Shown piece after piece: positions 24,520 to 36,900 of a DNA stretch of 64,000 bases. The stretch spans positions 193,776 through 257,775 of the forward strand of contig JAQULM010000002.1 in assembly GCA_028718605.1 (NCBI GenBank), read 5' to 3'. This DNA is from Patescibacteria group bacterium (GTDB lineage: Bacteria; Patescibacteriota; Patescibacteriia; UBA10025; JAHIVO01). The first letter of the stretch is position 1, and every line of letters starts with the position of its first letter. Made by a program: the position numbers and the translations under genes. The notes beneath the pieces are model-generated. The model did no database searches. It saw only the letters and a program-made list of their open reading frames with translations, and was not told the origin of the DNA.

Positions 24520-25113
24520 TTATTTCGGATAACTGGCAATCTGATCGTACGGGGTCCGGCACACGTCCAGGAAGCCGGCGAAGCGTTCGATAACGACCGC
24601 CAGATCGGGATACTGGTCCACGAGACTCCGTAACTCTCTCATGACGGCATCATACACTACACCGAGGGGAAAGTACGACGGGTGAATGACGCGAGCTTTT
24701 CCGCCAGCACATCCGTTGATGACGACATCCGTGCTGAGAATCCATCCGGTCGCCCCGAGCTGTCCTTCGCTTGCCTGGAGGGAAGCAAGGAGCACCTGGT
24801 AATCACGGTAAATGTTCTCTCCCGGGCCAAAGGGTGCGTACTTCCGGACTGCTACTGTACACACCGGATTACCGGGCGTTTCCGTAGCGGAGTACGAAAC
24901 GTCAGCCGAGCAGAGGCGGGCGGCCATTGAACGCTTGTCGCGAACAGTCGTATGGATCTGCAATTTACAGACCCGAATAGGGGAAAACAGTGCTTCCCCC
25001 GTAAGTACCTGCTCCAGCCCTACTGTCGGCATTGCATCACACGTGCCGCGGATGAACACCCTTGATTCAACGTAGCCTGTGAGCGCCCCGAGGGCAAGTC
25101 CTAAATCAGCCAT
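24520..25113 (-). CDS. hypothetical protein (197 aa)
   Basis: ATG with GGAGG RBS. No recognisable family from sequence. Confidence 0.6.
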   Translation of the reverse strand: MADLGLALGALTGYVESRVFIRGTCDAMPTVGLEQVLTGEALFSPIRVCKLQIHTTVRDKRSMAARLCSADVSYSATETPGNPVCTVAVRKYAPFGPGENIYRDYQVLLASLQASEGQLGATGWILSTDVVINGCAGGKARVIHPSYFPLGVVYDAVMRELRSLVDQYPDLAVVIERFAGFLDVCRTPYDQIASYPK

Positions 25114-25324
25114 AATTCCTCCAATCGCCTAGAGCCGTCAATGGCCCATCGGCTATGGTGTAAGGTTTCAATTGTGAAAATGCTCCGGCTGCCCCCGGAG
25201 CGTTAGCTATTTTGTGTTATGGTACTGTACCAAGAGGTCTATCCGGTGTCAACCCAGAGAATATAGAAGTGCGGCACTTTCCCTGTCCCATGGAAAGTGC
25301 CGCAACGTAAGCTCCATACCCAAT

Positions 25325-25747
25325 TCACTGCAGCTCAATCTCGAACTCCTCCTTCCCGACATACCGAGTAAACTCCTCGAGGAACGGGCATTTCTGCGCG
25401 GCAATAGTTCTCCCGACGATCTCCCACCAGTGTTCGACCTTCGAAATTATATTATCCCCGACCTGGTGCAAGACCGACGCAAGTAGTGGGTCATCGTTCA
25501 GCGCCGCTGCTAGAGCGATCCTCGTTCCGCCGTACTCGTCACCGTGAATCGACAAGAGTTCGACCTCCTCGCTCAACACTTGAAACTTGAGATAGCGATT
25601 TCCGAACGTCTTGTCTGGCATCGGATTGACAAACAATATTCGATATGACTGGGAATGCGGTCCGACTGAAATATGGATCGAGCCCCGATACCGGTGAATA
25701 TGCGGCTGGAGCTGCTCGAGGTAGGTACGGACAATCATAGTAGGCAT
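25325..25747 (-). CDS. hypothetical protein (141 aa)
   Basis: The ORF track gives 188 aa, but the internal ATG at 25747 (MPTMIVRTY...) has AGGAGG 6 nt upstream. The longer N-terminal extension would overlap the recA 3' region. Confidence 0.55.
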   Translation of the reverse strand: MPTMIVRTYLEQLQPHIHRYRGSIHISVGPHSQSYRILFVNPMPDKTFGNRYLKFQVLSEEVELLSIHGDEYGGTRIALAAALNDDPLLASVLHQVGDNIISKVEHWWEIVGRTIAAQKCPFLEEFTRYVGKEEFEIELQ

Positions 25748-25913
25748 CGTTGCCTCCTTTCTCCGCGTATGGAACGTGCTGGGCCCCCGATAGTAAAGAT
25801 CAGTGGAAATATTCAGACAATAATAGCCCGAAAAATTAGATTTGTCAATGGTATTCAAAAACCCGTACGGATTTTCCCCGTACGGGCCCATTATTCAACA
25901 TGCTATGGAAATC

Positions 25914-26957
25914 CTATGCGGCGCGCTCTCGCTCTGCCTGTTCTGCTGCTTCAAAGACTTTCTTCTTGATCTCCTCGACGAGTTTCTGGTTCGCTCTCAG
26001 CGCGAGGCGCGCTGCCTCATGGCCGACGCCGAGCTTAGTTTCACCATATTCAAACGTATTGCCGACTTTTTTCACAACACCATTCAAAACGCCGGCATCG
26101 AGCACATCGCCTGCGATTGAAATTCCTTCATTATACATGATGTCAAACTCGCACGTGCGGAACGGCGGGGCAACCTTGTTCTTCACGATCTTGCACTTGA
26201 CGCGGTTGCCGATCGACAGGTCGCCTTTCTTGATCTGCGCCGCGCGGCGCACTTCGATGCGGACAGAGGCGTAGAATTTCAGCGCCATGCCTCCGGTCGT
26301 GGTTTCGGGATTGCCGAAGAAGACGCCGATTTTCATGCGCGTCTGGTTGATAAAAATGACGACGGTTTTCGTCTTCGAAACGATACCCGCGAGCTTCCGG
26401 AGCGCCTGGCTCATGAGCCGCGCCTGTAAACCCATGTGCTGATCACCCATTTCACCCTCAATTTCCGCTTTCGGTACGAGCGCGGCAACCGAATCGATAA
26501 CGACCACATCGACGCCATTTGACCGGACCAGCGTCTCGGTGATTTCCAGCGCTTGCTCGCCGGTATCCGGCTGGGAAATTAATAGTTCATCAATATTAAC
26601 GCCAATTTTCTTCGCGTACTCCGGATCCAACGCGTGCTCAGCATCGACGAACGCCGCGGTACCGCCCATGCGCTGGACTGAGGCAACGACATGCTGTGCG
26701 AGCGTCGTCTTGCCGGACGCTTCGGGACCGTAAATCTCGATGATGCGGCCGCGCGGTACGCCGCCGACACCGAGTGCGAGGTCGAGCGAGAGGCACCCTG
26801 TCGGAACGGCATCAACCTGGATTTTCTTCGCCTCACCGAGGCGCATGATGGAACCGTCGCCGAAACGCTCTTTGATCTGTTCTATCGCTTCCTGCGCTGC
26901 ACGCGCTTTTCCGTGCTTGGCGCTGTCTTCGCTGCTGGTATGGTGTTGTTTTGGCAT
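25914..26957 (-). CDS. recA: recombinase RecA
   Basis: 347 aa. GPESSGKTT-type Walker A (GPEASGKTT) and the L1/L2 loop region are typical of RecA. Confidence 0.97.
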   Translation of the reverse strand: MPKQHHTSSEDSAKHGKARAAQEAIEQIKERFGDGSIMRLGEAKKIQVDAVPTGCLSLDLALGVGGVPRGRIIEIYGPEASGKTTLAQHVVASVQRMGGTAAFVDAEHALDPEYAKKIGVNIDELLISQPDTGEQALEITETLVRSNGVDVVVIDSVAALVPKAEIEGEMGDQHMGLQARLMSQALRKLAGIVSKTKTVVIFINQTRMKIGVFFGNPETTTGGMALKFYASVRIEVRRAAQIKKGDLSIGNRVKCKIVKNKVAPPFRTCEFDIMYNEGISIAGDVLDAGVLNGVVKKVGNTFEYGETKLGVGHEAARLALRANQKLVEEIKKKVFEAAEQAERERAA

Positions 26958-26971
26958 AGGAAAAAAATTAT

Positions 26972-27664
26972 TTATTGGCTCGTTGGTTCATCGGGTGCTC
27001 GTTGTACGACCCGGCGCGTAATAATAGCTTCTTTGCTCCGTTTTGTGTGTGCGGTTACCGTAATGGTATTCACACCGCCCGTCAGGTCGATCTTTTCGGA
27101 AAACGTACCATCGGAGCTCAGAATAACATTCTTACCATTGATCGCAACCGTCGCTTCAGGAACGGTACGCCCTTCGAGGAGCACCTGGCGCTCCGTAATA
27201 ATAGCATAATCAACAGGATTACTCACCACAAGTTCCGGGGGTGCAAATATCTCGGTAACTTTAAAAATTACATACCCGAGACACGCCCCAATCACGATGA
27301 CGATGAAAATAATCCGGAAAAGTTTCGGGGTAATGTAGGCGCGGGGAACCGAGTGTTTCGGAGTGAAGAGCCGCCCCTTGGCATGGTCTCGGATGACTTT
27401 TTTCTCCTGCTGGCGGTATAATCCGAGCACAAAATCGGCACTGACATTCAGAAACCGGGCATACTCCCGCAGGAACCCCTCGATATATACATGGCCCGGC
27501 AGCTCCTGGTACGCTCCCCGTTCCAGTGCGGCGAGGTACTCCGCCCGTATCTGGGTTGCCGCTGCGGCTTCATCGACGGTTTTGCCCATTTCTTCGCGTA
27601 CTTTCCGCAAGCGTTCACCCAGGGTTTTCGAACGCTCCACTCTCCGTGTTGAAAAAATATGCAT
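26972..27664 (-). CDS. rodZ: RodZ-like cytoskeleton protein (XRE-type HTH + TM + C-terminal DUF4115-like domain)
   Basis: N-terminus [43 protein letters not shown], single [22 protein letters not shown], beta-rich C-terminal domain. Confidence 0.75.
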   Translation of the reverse strand: MHIFSTRRVERSKTLGERLRKVREEMGKTVDEAAAATQIRAEYLAALERGAYQELPGHVYIEGFLREYARFLNVSADFVLGLYRQQEKKVIRDHAKGRLFTPKHSVPRAYITPKLFRIIFIVIVIGACLGYVIFKVTEIFAPPELVVSNPVDYAIITERQVLLEGRTVPEATVAINGKNVILSSDGTFSEKIDLTGGVNTITVTAHTKRSKEAIITRRVVQRAPDEPTSQ

Positions 27665-27684
27665 AAGCTCCTGATGCCAACAAC

Positions 27685-29979
27685 TTATTGAGGGTCTTCC
27701 GGCGCTCCCGCATCATCTTCCGGATTCTCGGGTGGATACTCGTCCGTCCCCTCGTCCGGATACGCATCGTGGTCTGGCGCGCCATCCCGGGGAACGAGAA
27801 TTTCACGCGGTTTTGCGCCGTCGCCAGGCCCAATAACACCCTGTTCCTCCATAATATCAAGCAAGCGGGCAGCGCGGGCATACCCAACCCGCAACCGCCG
27901 CTGGAGCAGCGATGCCGACGCTTTTCCCGTTTTGATAACGAGGTCTTTCGCCTGGCTCAGGAGCTCGTCGTCGCCCATGTCTTCAAAATTTCCTACAAGC
28001 GTACGGTCAACAACCTTGACAGTCACGTCCTCCTGGTATTCCGGCGTCCCCTGGCTCTTCAGGAAACTCGCAATGCGCGTAATCTCCTGATCAGTGACAT
28101 ACGCGCACTGGAGGCGTTTAGGTTTGGATAATTGGGAGGATATATAGAGCATATCGCCTCGCCCCAGCAGTTTTTCTGCCCCCGAAGAATCCAAAATCGT
28201 GCGAGAGTCAACGACGGATGCCACCGAGAAAGCGATGCGTGTGGTGATGTTCGCTTTAATCAATCCGGTGATAATATCGACCGACGGGCGCTGGGTAGCG
28301 AGTATCAGGTGGATGCCGACTGCGCGCGCCATCTGGGCAAGCCGTATAATCGCGGCCTCCACTTCATTCGCGGCGACAGACATTAAATCAGCAAGCTCAT
28401 CAATCACGACAACCAGATATGGCATAGTATTCCCGTTGTCACTATTGTACGCGTGGATATCGCGGTGCCCGGTTTTCGACAGGAGCTGGAACCGGCGATC
28501 CATCTCCGCGACAACCCACCGCAGTGCGTTAATCGTCTTGTCAATTTCGTTAATGACGGGGGTGATGAGATGCGGGATTCCATTGTAGACGGAGAATTCG
28601 ACCCGTTTCGGATCAATGAGAATAAGTTTGAGCTCGTCTGGCGAATTTTGGTACAGGAGGCTCAGCAGTATGGTATTGAGGCACACTGATTTTCCGGAAC
28701 CTGTTGCGCCAGCAACCAGCAGGTGCGGCATCGGATCGACATCGGCGAGCCAGATGTGCCCCGCGACGTCTTTGCCGACGCCGATGGTCAGCTTCGACTT
28801 GCGCTTCTTGAATTCGCGGCTGGTCAGCACGTCCTTAAGTTTAACGATCGCAACTGCCTGGTTCGGCACCTCGATGCCAACCAACGACTTGCCTGGAATC
28901 GGCGCCTCAATACGGATCGGGTGCGCTGCGAGTGCGAGCGCAAGGTCGTTTGACAGTGAAGTGATCTGGGCAAGTTTGACGCCCTCGGCCGGCTTCAGCG
29001 TATACTGGGTAACCGTCGGGCCAACTTTCACTTCGTCCATTTCAACTTCAATCCCAAAATTATACAGCGTCCGCTGGATTTTCTCTTTATGCGCCTCGAT
29101 ATCTCCGCTCAGCGGCTTGGTCGTGCTCGCATCAAGCAGGTCGAGTGGAATCTCGACACGCTTCCGTACCGTTGGCCGCGGAGCGCCGAAAAGCCCAAGT
29201 TGCTCCTCCTTCGCAGACTGGGTTGCCGCATTCGGAGTTACGGATTGCGCCGCTTGACCGGCAACCTCCTTCACGCCAAACACCGCTTCCTGAGAAGTTC
29301 CGCCATCGTCCGCCCGGGATGAAGCCTCATCGCCCTCTTCTGGCTCATTCAGATTACTGCGCAACCGCGAAGAAAATTCACCGAACCGCCCTGTCATCCG
29401 GCGTACAACTGAACCGCTCCGGTACAACCGCTGAAGAGAAATATCAAACAGTACCATTACCGAAACTATCAGAATAGCAAAGAGTAGCACACCGCCTGCC
29501 CACGGCCCAAGCGCTTTCTGCACCGGATATGAAAGAATGAGCCCACTATACCCCCCGCCACGACCATCTGCAAAGTGCTTCATCATCTCTCCCGATGGAA
29601 CGAATACGAGGTGCAATATCGACGTTATGCTCAGTATGAAAAGCCCGCATCCGATATAATTCATGGTACGGAGGGCAAATTGCTGTGGCCGCAATGCAAT
29701 ATACCCAAAAACGAACAAGAGGAGGGGGATTATAAACCTGCCCCAGCCGAATCCATACACCAGCCCGGTATTGATCATTTCTCCGAATCTCCCCGCCCAC
29801 CCGCATAAACTGAACAGTGTGAGCACGGCAAATGTAAAAATGATGACAACAATTATTCCGCGCTTCGTTTCAGACCGCAGCCGAGGAGCGGCGAGCGGAG
29901 CAGCAGGACGTTCACGCTCATCGTGATCCGCCTCTCTCTTATACTCCTTCAAATATTCTTTTTTTGTCTTCTTCGACAT
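27685..29979 (-). CDS. ftsK: DNA translocase FtsK/SpoIIIE
   Basis: 764 aa. N-terminal 4 TM segments, motor domain with Walker A GATGSGKS, C-terminal gamma winged helix. Confidence 0.95.
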   Translation of the reverse strand: MSKKTKKEYLKEYKREADHDERERPAAPLAAPRLRSETKRGIIVVIIFTFAVLTLFSLCGWAGRFGEMINTGLVYGFGWGRFIIPLLLFVFGYIALRPQQFALRTMNYIGCGLFILSITSILHLVFVPSGEMMKHFADGRGGGYSGLILSYPVQKALGPWAGGVLLFAILIVSVMVLFDISLQRLYRSGSVVRRMTGRFGEFSSRLRSNLNEPEEGDEASSRADDGGTSQEAVFGVKEVAGQAAQSVTPNAATQSAKEEQLGLFGAPRPTVRKRVEIPLDLLDASTTKPLSGDIEAHKEKIQRTLYNFGIEVEMDEVKVGPTVTQYTLKPAEGVKLAQITSLSNDLALALAAHPIRIEAPIPGKSLVGIEVPNQAVAIVKLKDVLTSREFKKRKSKLTIGVGKDVAGHIWLADVDPMPHLLVAGATGSGKSVCLNTILLSLLYQNSPDELKLILIDPKRVEFSVYNGIPHLITPVINEIDKTINALRWVVAEMDRRFQLLSKTGHRDIHAYNSDNGNTMPYLVVVIDELADLMSVAANEVEAAIIRLAQMARAVGIHLILATQRPSVDIITGLIKANITTRIAFSVASVVDSRTILDSSGAEKLLGRGDMLYISSQLSKPKRLQCAYVTDQEITRIASFLKSQGTPEYQEDVTVKVVDRTLVGNFEDMGDDELLSQAKDLVIKTGKASASLLQRRLRVGYARAARLLDIMEEQGVIGPGDGAKPREILVPRDGAPDHDAYPDEGTDEYPPENPEDDAGAPEDPQ

Positions 29980-30120
29980 ACGCCTGCAGTGTCGTTTTGG
30001 TTCACTTATGGATGCAGTGTATCACGTATACGAGCCTGTTTCAATCAAAATGGACCTTCATTTGTAATGCAGGGGAAGGTTTGCGGAATGCAGAGACGAC
30101 GCGAGAGACACCGGAAAATA

Positions 30121-33100
30121 TTACGTGCGGTGGAATCCCGTTCCTGCAGGAATGAGCTTGCCGATGATCACGTTTTCTTTCAGTCCTCGGAGATGGTCGA
30201 CCTTCCCGGACACGGCAGCATCAATAAGGACACGTGCCGTCTCCTGGAAAGACGCTGCCGACAGGAAGCTGTCGATCGAAAGGGATGCCTTGGTGATTCC
30301 GAGCAGCAGCTGCTCGCCGATAGCCGGTTTTCCGCCTTTTTTCTTCGCTTCATCGTTTGCCTCGACAAAACGCGTCCGCTCAATGATCTCGCCGGAAAGA
30401 AAACTCGTATCGCCGGGTTCCTTGATATACACCCGCGAGAACATCTGCCGGATTACGATCTCGATATGCTTGTCGTTCAATTTTTGGCCCTGGGATGAAT
30501 AAATGTATTGGATTTCTTTCAAAATGTACCGCTCAACCGCCTCTTGCCCGGAAAGGTAAAATAATTGGTGCAAGTCGAGGCTGCCGTCCGTCAGCTGGTC
30601 ACCGACATTCACGAGATCTCCGTCCTTGATCCATGGCAGCTGCCCCGTCGGCACTTGGTACTCTTTTTTCTTGTCACGTTCGGCAACAATAGTAATTTTC
30701 CCGTTGGCAACTCTTGCGGTACCTCCCAAACGCGCTTTTATCTCAGTGGTGCCGTCAATATACAGAACTTGATCGGCGTTTACCGTTTCGCCGTCCTTCA
30801 CCTTGACGGTTATTCCCTTGGTGCGCTTGGGGAGCGGATACTCAGTTTCATCAATGCCCCGATGGGCTACAACGATTTTTTTCATGTTCTTGCCCTCATC
30901 AACAATCGACGCTTTCCCGGTAACTCCTGCGATCAACGCCGGCCGCCGGATTGGCCGCGCCTCGAAGAGCTCTTCAACGCGGGGCAACCCCTGGGTGATA
31001 TCCTGCCCTGCGACGCCGCCCGTATGGAACGTCCGCATGGTGAGCTGCGTGCCGGGTTCGCCGATACTCTGTGCCGCAATGATACCGATTGCGGTGCCGA
31101 ATTCAACAGTTTTATTGAAACCGAGGTCGTACCCATAGCACGTCTGGCACAAACCCCAGCGAGTCTTGCAACGCAAGCTTGAACGGATCTTCAATTCGGC
31201 AAGCTTGAGCTTGGCGATCTTGGGCAGATCGGATTCAGTGATAACTTGGCTGGCCTTCACGAGAACCTTCTTGCCCTTGGGATCAATGATGTCCTCGACA
31301 GGAGCACGTCCAAGCATGCGGTTCTCAAAGTCTTCGCCCATCTGGTCGCTTTCTGCCCGGGTAATCAGGAAGCCTTCCGTATCACCACAATCCTCCTCGG
31401 TGATGATGACATCCTGCGACACGTCAATCAGGCGGCGCGTGAGATACCCTGCGTTCGCAGTTCGGAGAGCGGTATCGGACAAGCCTTTACGCGCACCGTG
31501 AGTTGATATGAAATACTCGAGCACGTCAAATCCTTCCTTGAAGCTTCCGCGGACCGGCAGCTCGATCGTCTCACCGGCAGGGTTCGTCACGAGGCCTTTC
31601 ATGCCCATCATCTGTGTCGTTTGCGCCCAAGAACCGCGTGCGCCCGATTCAATCATCGAAAAAACAGAACCTTGCGGATTCAGCGCTTCGCGGCTCGCCT
31701 TCTGTATGCGGTCCTTCGCCTGCGCCCAGAGCTCGATGACCTTCATGTGGCGCTCGTCATTGGTCAATAACCCCTGCTCATAGTGAGCCTGAACTTCATC
31801 AAGGAGCGTCTCCGCTTCGTGGATAATCATGTATTTATCATCCGGAGTCACCAGATCGCCCATTCCCCAGCTGATGCCGGACGTCGTCAGATAGCGGAAC
31901 GACAGCTTTTTCACCTTATCCAGCAGTATAACCACCTCTTCACGTGGAAGCTTATGGAGGAATGTGCTGATGAGCTTGGTCAAAGACCGCCGATCAATGA
32001 CCTCATTGATGAAACCAGTGCCGGCGGGAAGCACACTGTTGAAAATAATGCGCCCGGATGACGTAAGAAACATCTCCTTCCCTATCTTCACGCGAACTTC
32101 ATCCTGTATATGAATACGCCCAAGCTGGTATGCGGTAAGTGTTTCTTCAACCGAGCAAAAGCTCTTCAGGGTTTCAGCCGGATGCTGCTTCATCATCGTC
32201 AGATAGTAGCACCCGAGCACGATATCCTGGGTTGGTGAAATTATTGGCGAACCAGTCGAGGGTTTCAATAAGTTTTTTATCGAAGCAATGAGGTCTGCTG
32301 CTTCCTTCTTCGCATTTTCAGTCAACGGGACATGCACGGCCATCTGGTCGCCGTCAAAGTCAGCATTGAACGCCGGGCAAACGAGGGGGTGTATCTGGAT
32401 CGCCTTGCCTTCGATGAGAACCGGCCTGAACGCCTGGATGCCTAAGCGGTGGAGCGTCGGCGCGCGATTGAGGAGGACGTGGGCGCCGCGGGTCACCTCT
32501 TCAAGGATATCCCATACTTCAGCCCTGCCTGCCTCGATAAAACGGCTGGCGCTTCGGACGTTGTGCACGAATTCACGCTTAATCAATTGGCTGATGATAA
32601 ATGGTTTAAAAAGTTCCAGCGCCATCCGCTTGGGCAATCCGCACTCATCCATCTTCAGGTGCGGACCGACGACAATAACTGACCGGCCCGAGTAATCGAC
32701 GCGCTTCCCCAAGAGGTTCTGACGGAACCGGCCTTGTTTGCCCTTCAGGATATCGGCAATCGATTTCAGCATGCGCTTTTGGCCTGTTGAGGCAGTGACG
32801 GTCTTGCCGTGTCGGGCGTTGTTGTCGATCAGGGCATCAACCGCTTCCTGCAGCATACGCTTCTCGTTTCGCTGGATGACTTCCGGCGCGTTCAATGCGA
32901 TTAGGCGCTTCAAGCGATTGTTGCGGTTGATGACGCGGCGATACAAATCATTGAGGTCAGAGGCGGCAAACCGGCCGCCATCAAGCTGCACCATAGGACG
33001 GAGGTCCGGCGGAATAACCGGAATGACCGTTAAAATCATCCATTCGGGCCGCAGTTTGTTGATCTGCAAATTCTTGAACAATTTCAGGCGGCGAACCGCG

Positions 33101-33984
33101 CGACGGCGCTTCCCTTCAGGCGCACTTAAAACTTCCGCCTCAAGCCGAACGATTTCCGAGCTGAGATCTATAGCCCGCAGCAGTTCATGGACAGCTTCGG
33201 CGCCAATCGATGCTTCAAATACATGCCCATATTTCAACGAAAGGTCGCGGTACATCTGCTCAGAAATAATCTGCAGGGGACGCAACCCCTTCAGCTCGCG
33301 CTTCGCGAGGTCGACAGCCTCACCGAGGTCCCGCAGTTTCTCATCGCGCATCTGGCTATTCGCGGCAAGCTCCTCGTCGAGCTCCTTGATGAACGTACTC
33401 TTCTTCGCCCCTTCTTTTTCTTCTTCGACGTCCTTCGCGCGGCGCTGCTTGATATCATTCGCAATCCTCGAAAACTCCGCTTCGATGGACTTTTTCTTCG
33501 CCTGGTGCTCAACGTCGATCTGTTTCAGGGTTTCTTCGCGGAGCGTATCGTCAACGTGGGTAATAATGTAATTCGCGAAATAAATGACTTTCTCGAGATC
33601 CTGGATTGAGAGGTCGAGGATGAGGCCAATCTTCGACGGAACGCCCCGGAGGAACCAAATGTGCGAAACGGGAGCCGCAAGCTTAATATGCCCCATTCGC
33701 TCGCGACGGACAACGCTCCTCGTGACCTCCACTCCGCACTTGTCGCAGACGATTCCCTTATACCGGACTTTCTTATACTTCCCGCAATAGCACTCCCAGT
33801 CTTTCGTGGGACCAAAAATCTTCTCGCAGAAAAGGCCGTCCTTTTCCGGCTTCTGGGTCCGGTAGTTCACGGTCTCTGGCTTCAGCACCTCGCCGTGGGA
33901 CCAACCCAATATATCTTCAGGCGACCCGAGTTTCAGCCGGATAGCCTTGAATTCAATCGCTTTTTGTTCCCGGTCAAGTATCAT
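30121..33984 (-). CDS. rpoC: DNA-directed RNA polymerase subunit beta'
   Basis: 1287 aa. NADFDGDQM catalytic motif, Zn-finger CYCGKYK...CDKCGVEV. Confidence 0.98.
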   Translation of the reverse strand: MILDREQKAIEFKAIRLKLGSPEDILGWSHGEVLKPETVNYRTQKPEKDGLFCEKIFGPTKDWECYCGKYKKVRYKGIVCDKCGVEVTRSVVRRERMGHIKLAAPVSHIWFLRGVPSKIGLILDLSIQDLEKVIYFANYIITHVDDTLREETLKQIDVEHQAKKKSIEAEFSRIANDIKQRRAKDVEEEKEGAKKSTFIKELDEELAANSQMRDEKLRDLGEAVDLAKRELKGLRPLQIISEQMYRDLSLKYGHVFEASIGAEAVHELLRAIDLSSEIVRLEAEVLSAPEGKRRRAVRRLKLFKNLQINKLRPEWMILTVIPVIPPDLRPMVQLDGGRFAASDLNDLYRRVINRNNRLKRLIALNAPEVIQRNEKRMLQEAVDALIDNNARHGKTVTASTGQKRMLKSIADILKGKQGRFRQNLLGKRVDYSGRSVIVVGPHLKMDECGLPKRMALELFKPFIISQLIKREFVHNVRSASRFIEAGRAEVWDILEEVTRGAHVLLNRAPTLHRLGIQAFRPVLIEGKAIQIHPLVCPAFNADFDGDQMAVHVPLTENAKKEAADLIASIKNLLKPSTGSPIISPTQDIVLGCYYLTMMKQHPAETLKSFCSVEETLTAYQLGRIHIQDEVRVKIGKEMFLTSSGRIIFNSVLPAGTGFINEVIDRRSLTKLISTFLHKLPREEVVILLDKVKKLSFRYLTTSGISWGMGDLVTPDDKYMIIHEAETLLDEVQAHYEQGLLTNDERHMKVIELWAQAKDRIQKASREALNPQGSVFSMIESGARGSWAQTTQMMGMKGLVTNPAGETIELPVRGSFKEGFDVLEYFISTHGARKGLSDTALRTANAGYLTRRLIDVSQDVIITEEDCGDTEGFLITRAESDQMGEDFENRMLGRAPVEDIIDPKGKKVLVKASQVITESDLPKIAKLKLAELKIRSSLRCKTRWGLCQTCYGYDLGFNKTVEFGTAIGIIAAQSIGEPGTQLTMRTFHTGGVAGQDITQGLPRVEELFEARPIRRPALIAGVTGKASIVDEGKNMKKIVVAHRGIDETEYPLPKRTKGITVKVKDGETVNADQVLYIDGTTEIKARLGGTARVANGKITIVAERDKKKEYQVPTGQLPWIKDGDLVNVGDQLTDGSLDLHQLFYLSGQEAVERYILKEIQYIYSSQGQKLNDKHIEIVIRQMFSRVYIKEPGDTSFLSGEIIERTRFVEANDEAKKKGGKPAIGEQLLLGITKASLSIDSFLSAASFQETARVLIDAAVSGKVDHLRGLKENVIIGKLIPAGTGFHRT

Positions 33985-33989
33985 AAGTG

Positions 33990-36900
33990 TTATTGTTTCT
34001 CCGGTTTAGCCGCCGTAGCGTCCCCCTCATCACGATTTTTCCGTGGTTCATCGCCCTCAATCGAACCGCCGATAAGTTCAATATCAAGGCAGAGGCCCTT
34101 GAGCTCGCGTACGAGGACATTGAATGATTCCGGAATATTCAACCGCTTGATCGGCTCGCCTTTGATAATCGCTTCATACGCTTTTGAGCGACCTGGAACA
34201 TCATCAGATTTAATAGTCAGCATTTCCTGCAATGTATGCGCCGCACCGTACGCCTCGAGTGCCCATACCTCCATTTCACCGAATCGTTGGCCGCCGAACT
34301 GCGCTTTGCCTCCCAAGGGCTGCTGTGTTACCAAGGAATACGGACCGATGGATCGCATGTGGATCTTGTCTTCAACAAGATGGTTCAGCTTCATCATATA
34401 TATATAACCGACGGTCACCTTCTGGTCGAATGTTTCGCCTGTCCTTCCGTCACGAAGCCTGATTTTGCCGTCTTCCGAAAAACCAGCGCGCACGAGCTCC
34501 GACCGGATTATTTCTTCAGATACGCCATTCAAAGCCGGGCTGGCCACCGTATAGCCGAGCGCATGTGCTGCCATGCCAAGGTGTGTTTCCAATATTTGGC
34601 CAAGGTTCATACGAGACGCCACACCGAGCGGGTTCAAGACAATATCTACCGGCGTCCCATCCGCCATGTACGGCATATCCTCGTCTGCAACGATGCGGGA
34701 AATCACGCCCTTGTTCCCATGCCGGCCGGCCATTTTGTCGCCGACCTGGACTTTACGCAGCTGCGCGACGGAAACCTGGATCGATTTGATAATACCGGAC
34801 GGGAGCTTGTCGCCCCGGTCGCGGGAAAATATCTTCACATCGACGACTTTGCCATGCTCACCGTGCTCAAGGTATAGCGAACTGTCTTTTACGTCTTTCG
34901 CTTTTTCCCCGAAGATAGCCCGCAAGAGTTTCTCTTCTGCTGAGAGTTCTGTTTCGCCTTTCGGCGTAATTTTGCCGACAAGAATGTCACCAGAAGAAAC
35001 TTCTGCGCCGATCCGGATGATGCCTTCTTCATCAAGGTCTTTTAATTTGTCCTCGCCAATATTGGGAATGTCCCGCGTCACAACTTCAGGCCCGAGTTTC
35101 GTGTCACGCACGTCAACCATATAATCCTCGATGTGAATCGAGGTGAACCGGTCTTCCTGCACGAGCCGGTCGGATATGAGGATGGCGTCTTCGTAGTTGC
35201 CGCCCTCCCACGACATAAATGCGACGAGGATATTCTGCCCGAGCGCAAGTTCGCCGCCCTGCGTTGCGGGGCCATCCGCGAGCACCTCTCCCGCTTTTAC
35301 CTCTTGGCCGACGTTGACGACTGACCGTTGGTTAACACACGTCGATGCATTAGACCGAACAAATTTTTTGAGCAGATACTTTTTCATTGCGCCCGATTTT
35401 TCCTGAACCTGGATCTCACGGCCATCCGCATGCACGACCTTACCGTCGTTCGCCGCAACGATGATCTGGCCGGAATCCCGGGCTGCCTTGTATTCGATCC
35501 CGGTGCCGACGAGCGGCGTGTCGGGATTGACGCACGGCACGGCTTGGCGCTGCATATTGGATCCCATGAGCGCGCGGACGGCATCATCGTGCTCAAGGAA
35601 AGGGATCAATGCGGTTGTAACGCTAATAATTTGGTACGGCGCCACATCCATATAATCAACCATGGCGACAGACTGCACGGTCGGCTCGCCATGGAGCCGT
35701 ACTTCTGCCCGCTCATTGACGAAATACCCGTCGTCGTTAATCGGCGTTGTCGCCGCAGTCGTCACGTAGCGCTCCTCAACAAATGCATCGAGAAGGACAA
35801 TCTCTTTTGTCACCCGCGGTTTTACTGGAATCGTTTTTGCGCCGGTCGTTTCGAGCTGCTTGGCAAGATCCCGAGTGATCGTATCGCCTGCATGCCCAAC
35901 AACCGTACCGCTTTCGTTCGGGATATCGCTGCGGAGGATTTCGCCCTCCGTCACTGACGCCTTGTTTTCAATATCATGCACTACCTTGCGGAACGGGGTC
36001 TCGATAAAGCCAAAATCATTAATGCGCGCGTAGCACGATAAATGGCCAACAAGGCCGATATTCGGCCCTTCTGGCGTGGCAATCGGGCAGATACGGCCAT
36101 AGTGGGTGCTATGGACGTCGCGTACGTCGAATCCTGCGCGTTCCCGCGACAAGCCCCCGGGACCCATAGCCGACAGGCGGCGCTTATGCTCCAGCTCGGC
36201 CAGAGGATTCGTCTGGTCCATGAACTGCGAGAGCTGCGAGGACATGAAGAATTCTTTGATCGCGCCGATGATCGGCCGCGCGTTGATCAGCTGGTTCGGC
36301 GTCAGGGTATTGATATCAAGCGTCGACATACGGTCTTTCACGATACGCTCCATGCGTGCAAGGCCGACGCGGAACTTATTCTGCACGAGCTCGCCGATCG
36401 CGCGGACGCGCCGGTTGCCGAGGTGGTCAATATCATCGGGTGCTTCCTGGGTCTTATTGAGGCGGATGACCTCTTTCACGATCGCGACGAGATCGTCCTT
36501 CTGGAGTACCCGGTGTTCCTTGTCATTCGGAAACGTAAAGCCGAACCGCTGGTTCAATTTATAGCGGCCAACACGGCCAAAATCATAGCGGTCAAAGCTG
36601 AAAAACATTTTGAAGATAAGATCGCGTGCATTATCGACTGTCGCCAGGTCGCCCGGCCGCACGCGCTTGTACACCTCTTTCAGGCCTTCCGCTTCGTTCC
36701 GAGCGGCATCCTTTGCCAGTGTCGTTTCGATGTACCGGATATCCGGGTCATTATCGACGTCGCTGAACAAGTTTTTTATCTCTTCATCAGAACCGTAGCC
36801 GAAAGCCCGCATCAGTGAAGTTACCGGCACTTTGCGCTTGCGGTCGATCTTCACGGAAATGATATTGTTCATGTCGGTTTCCAGCTCGAGCCAAGCGCCG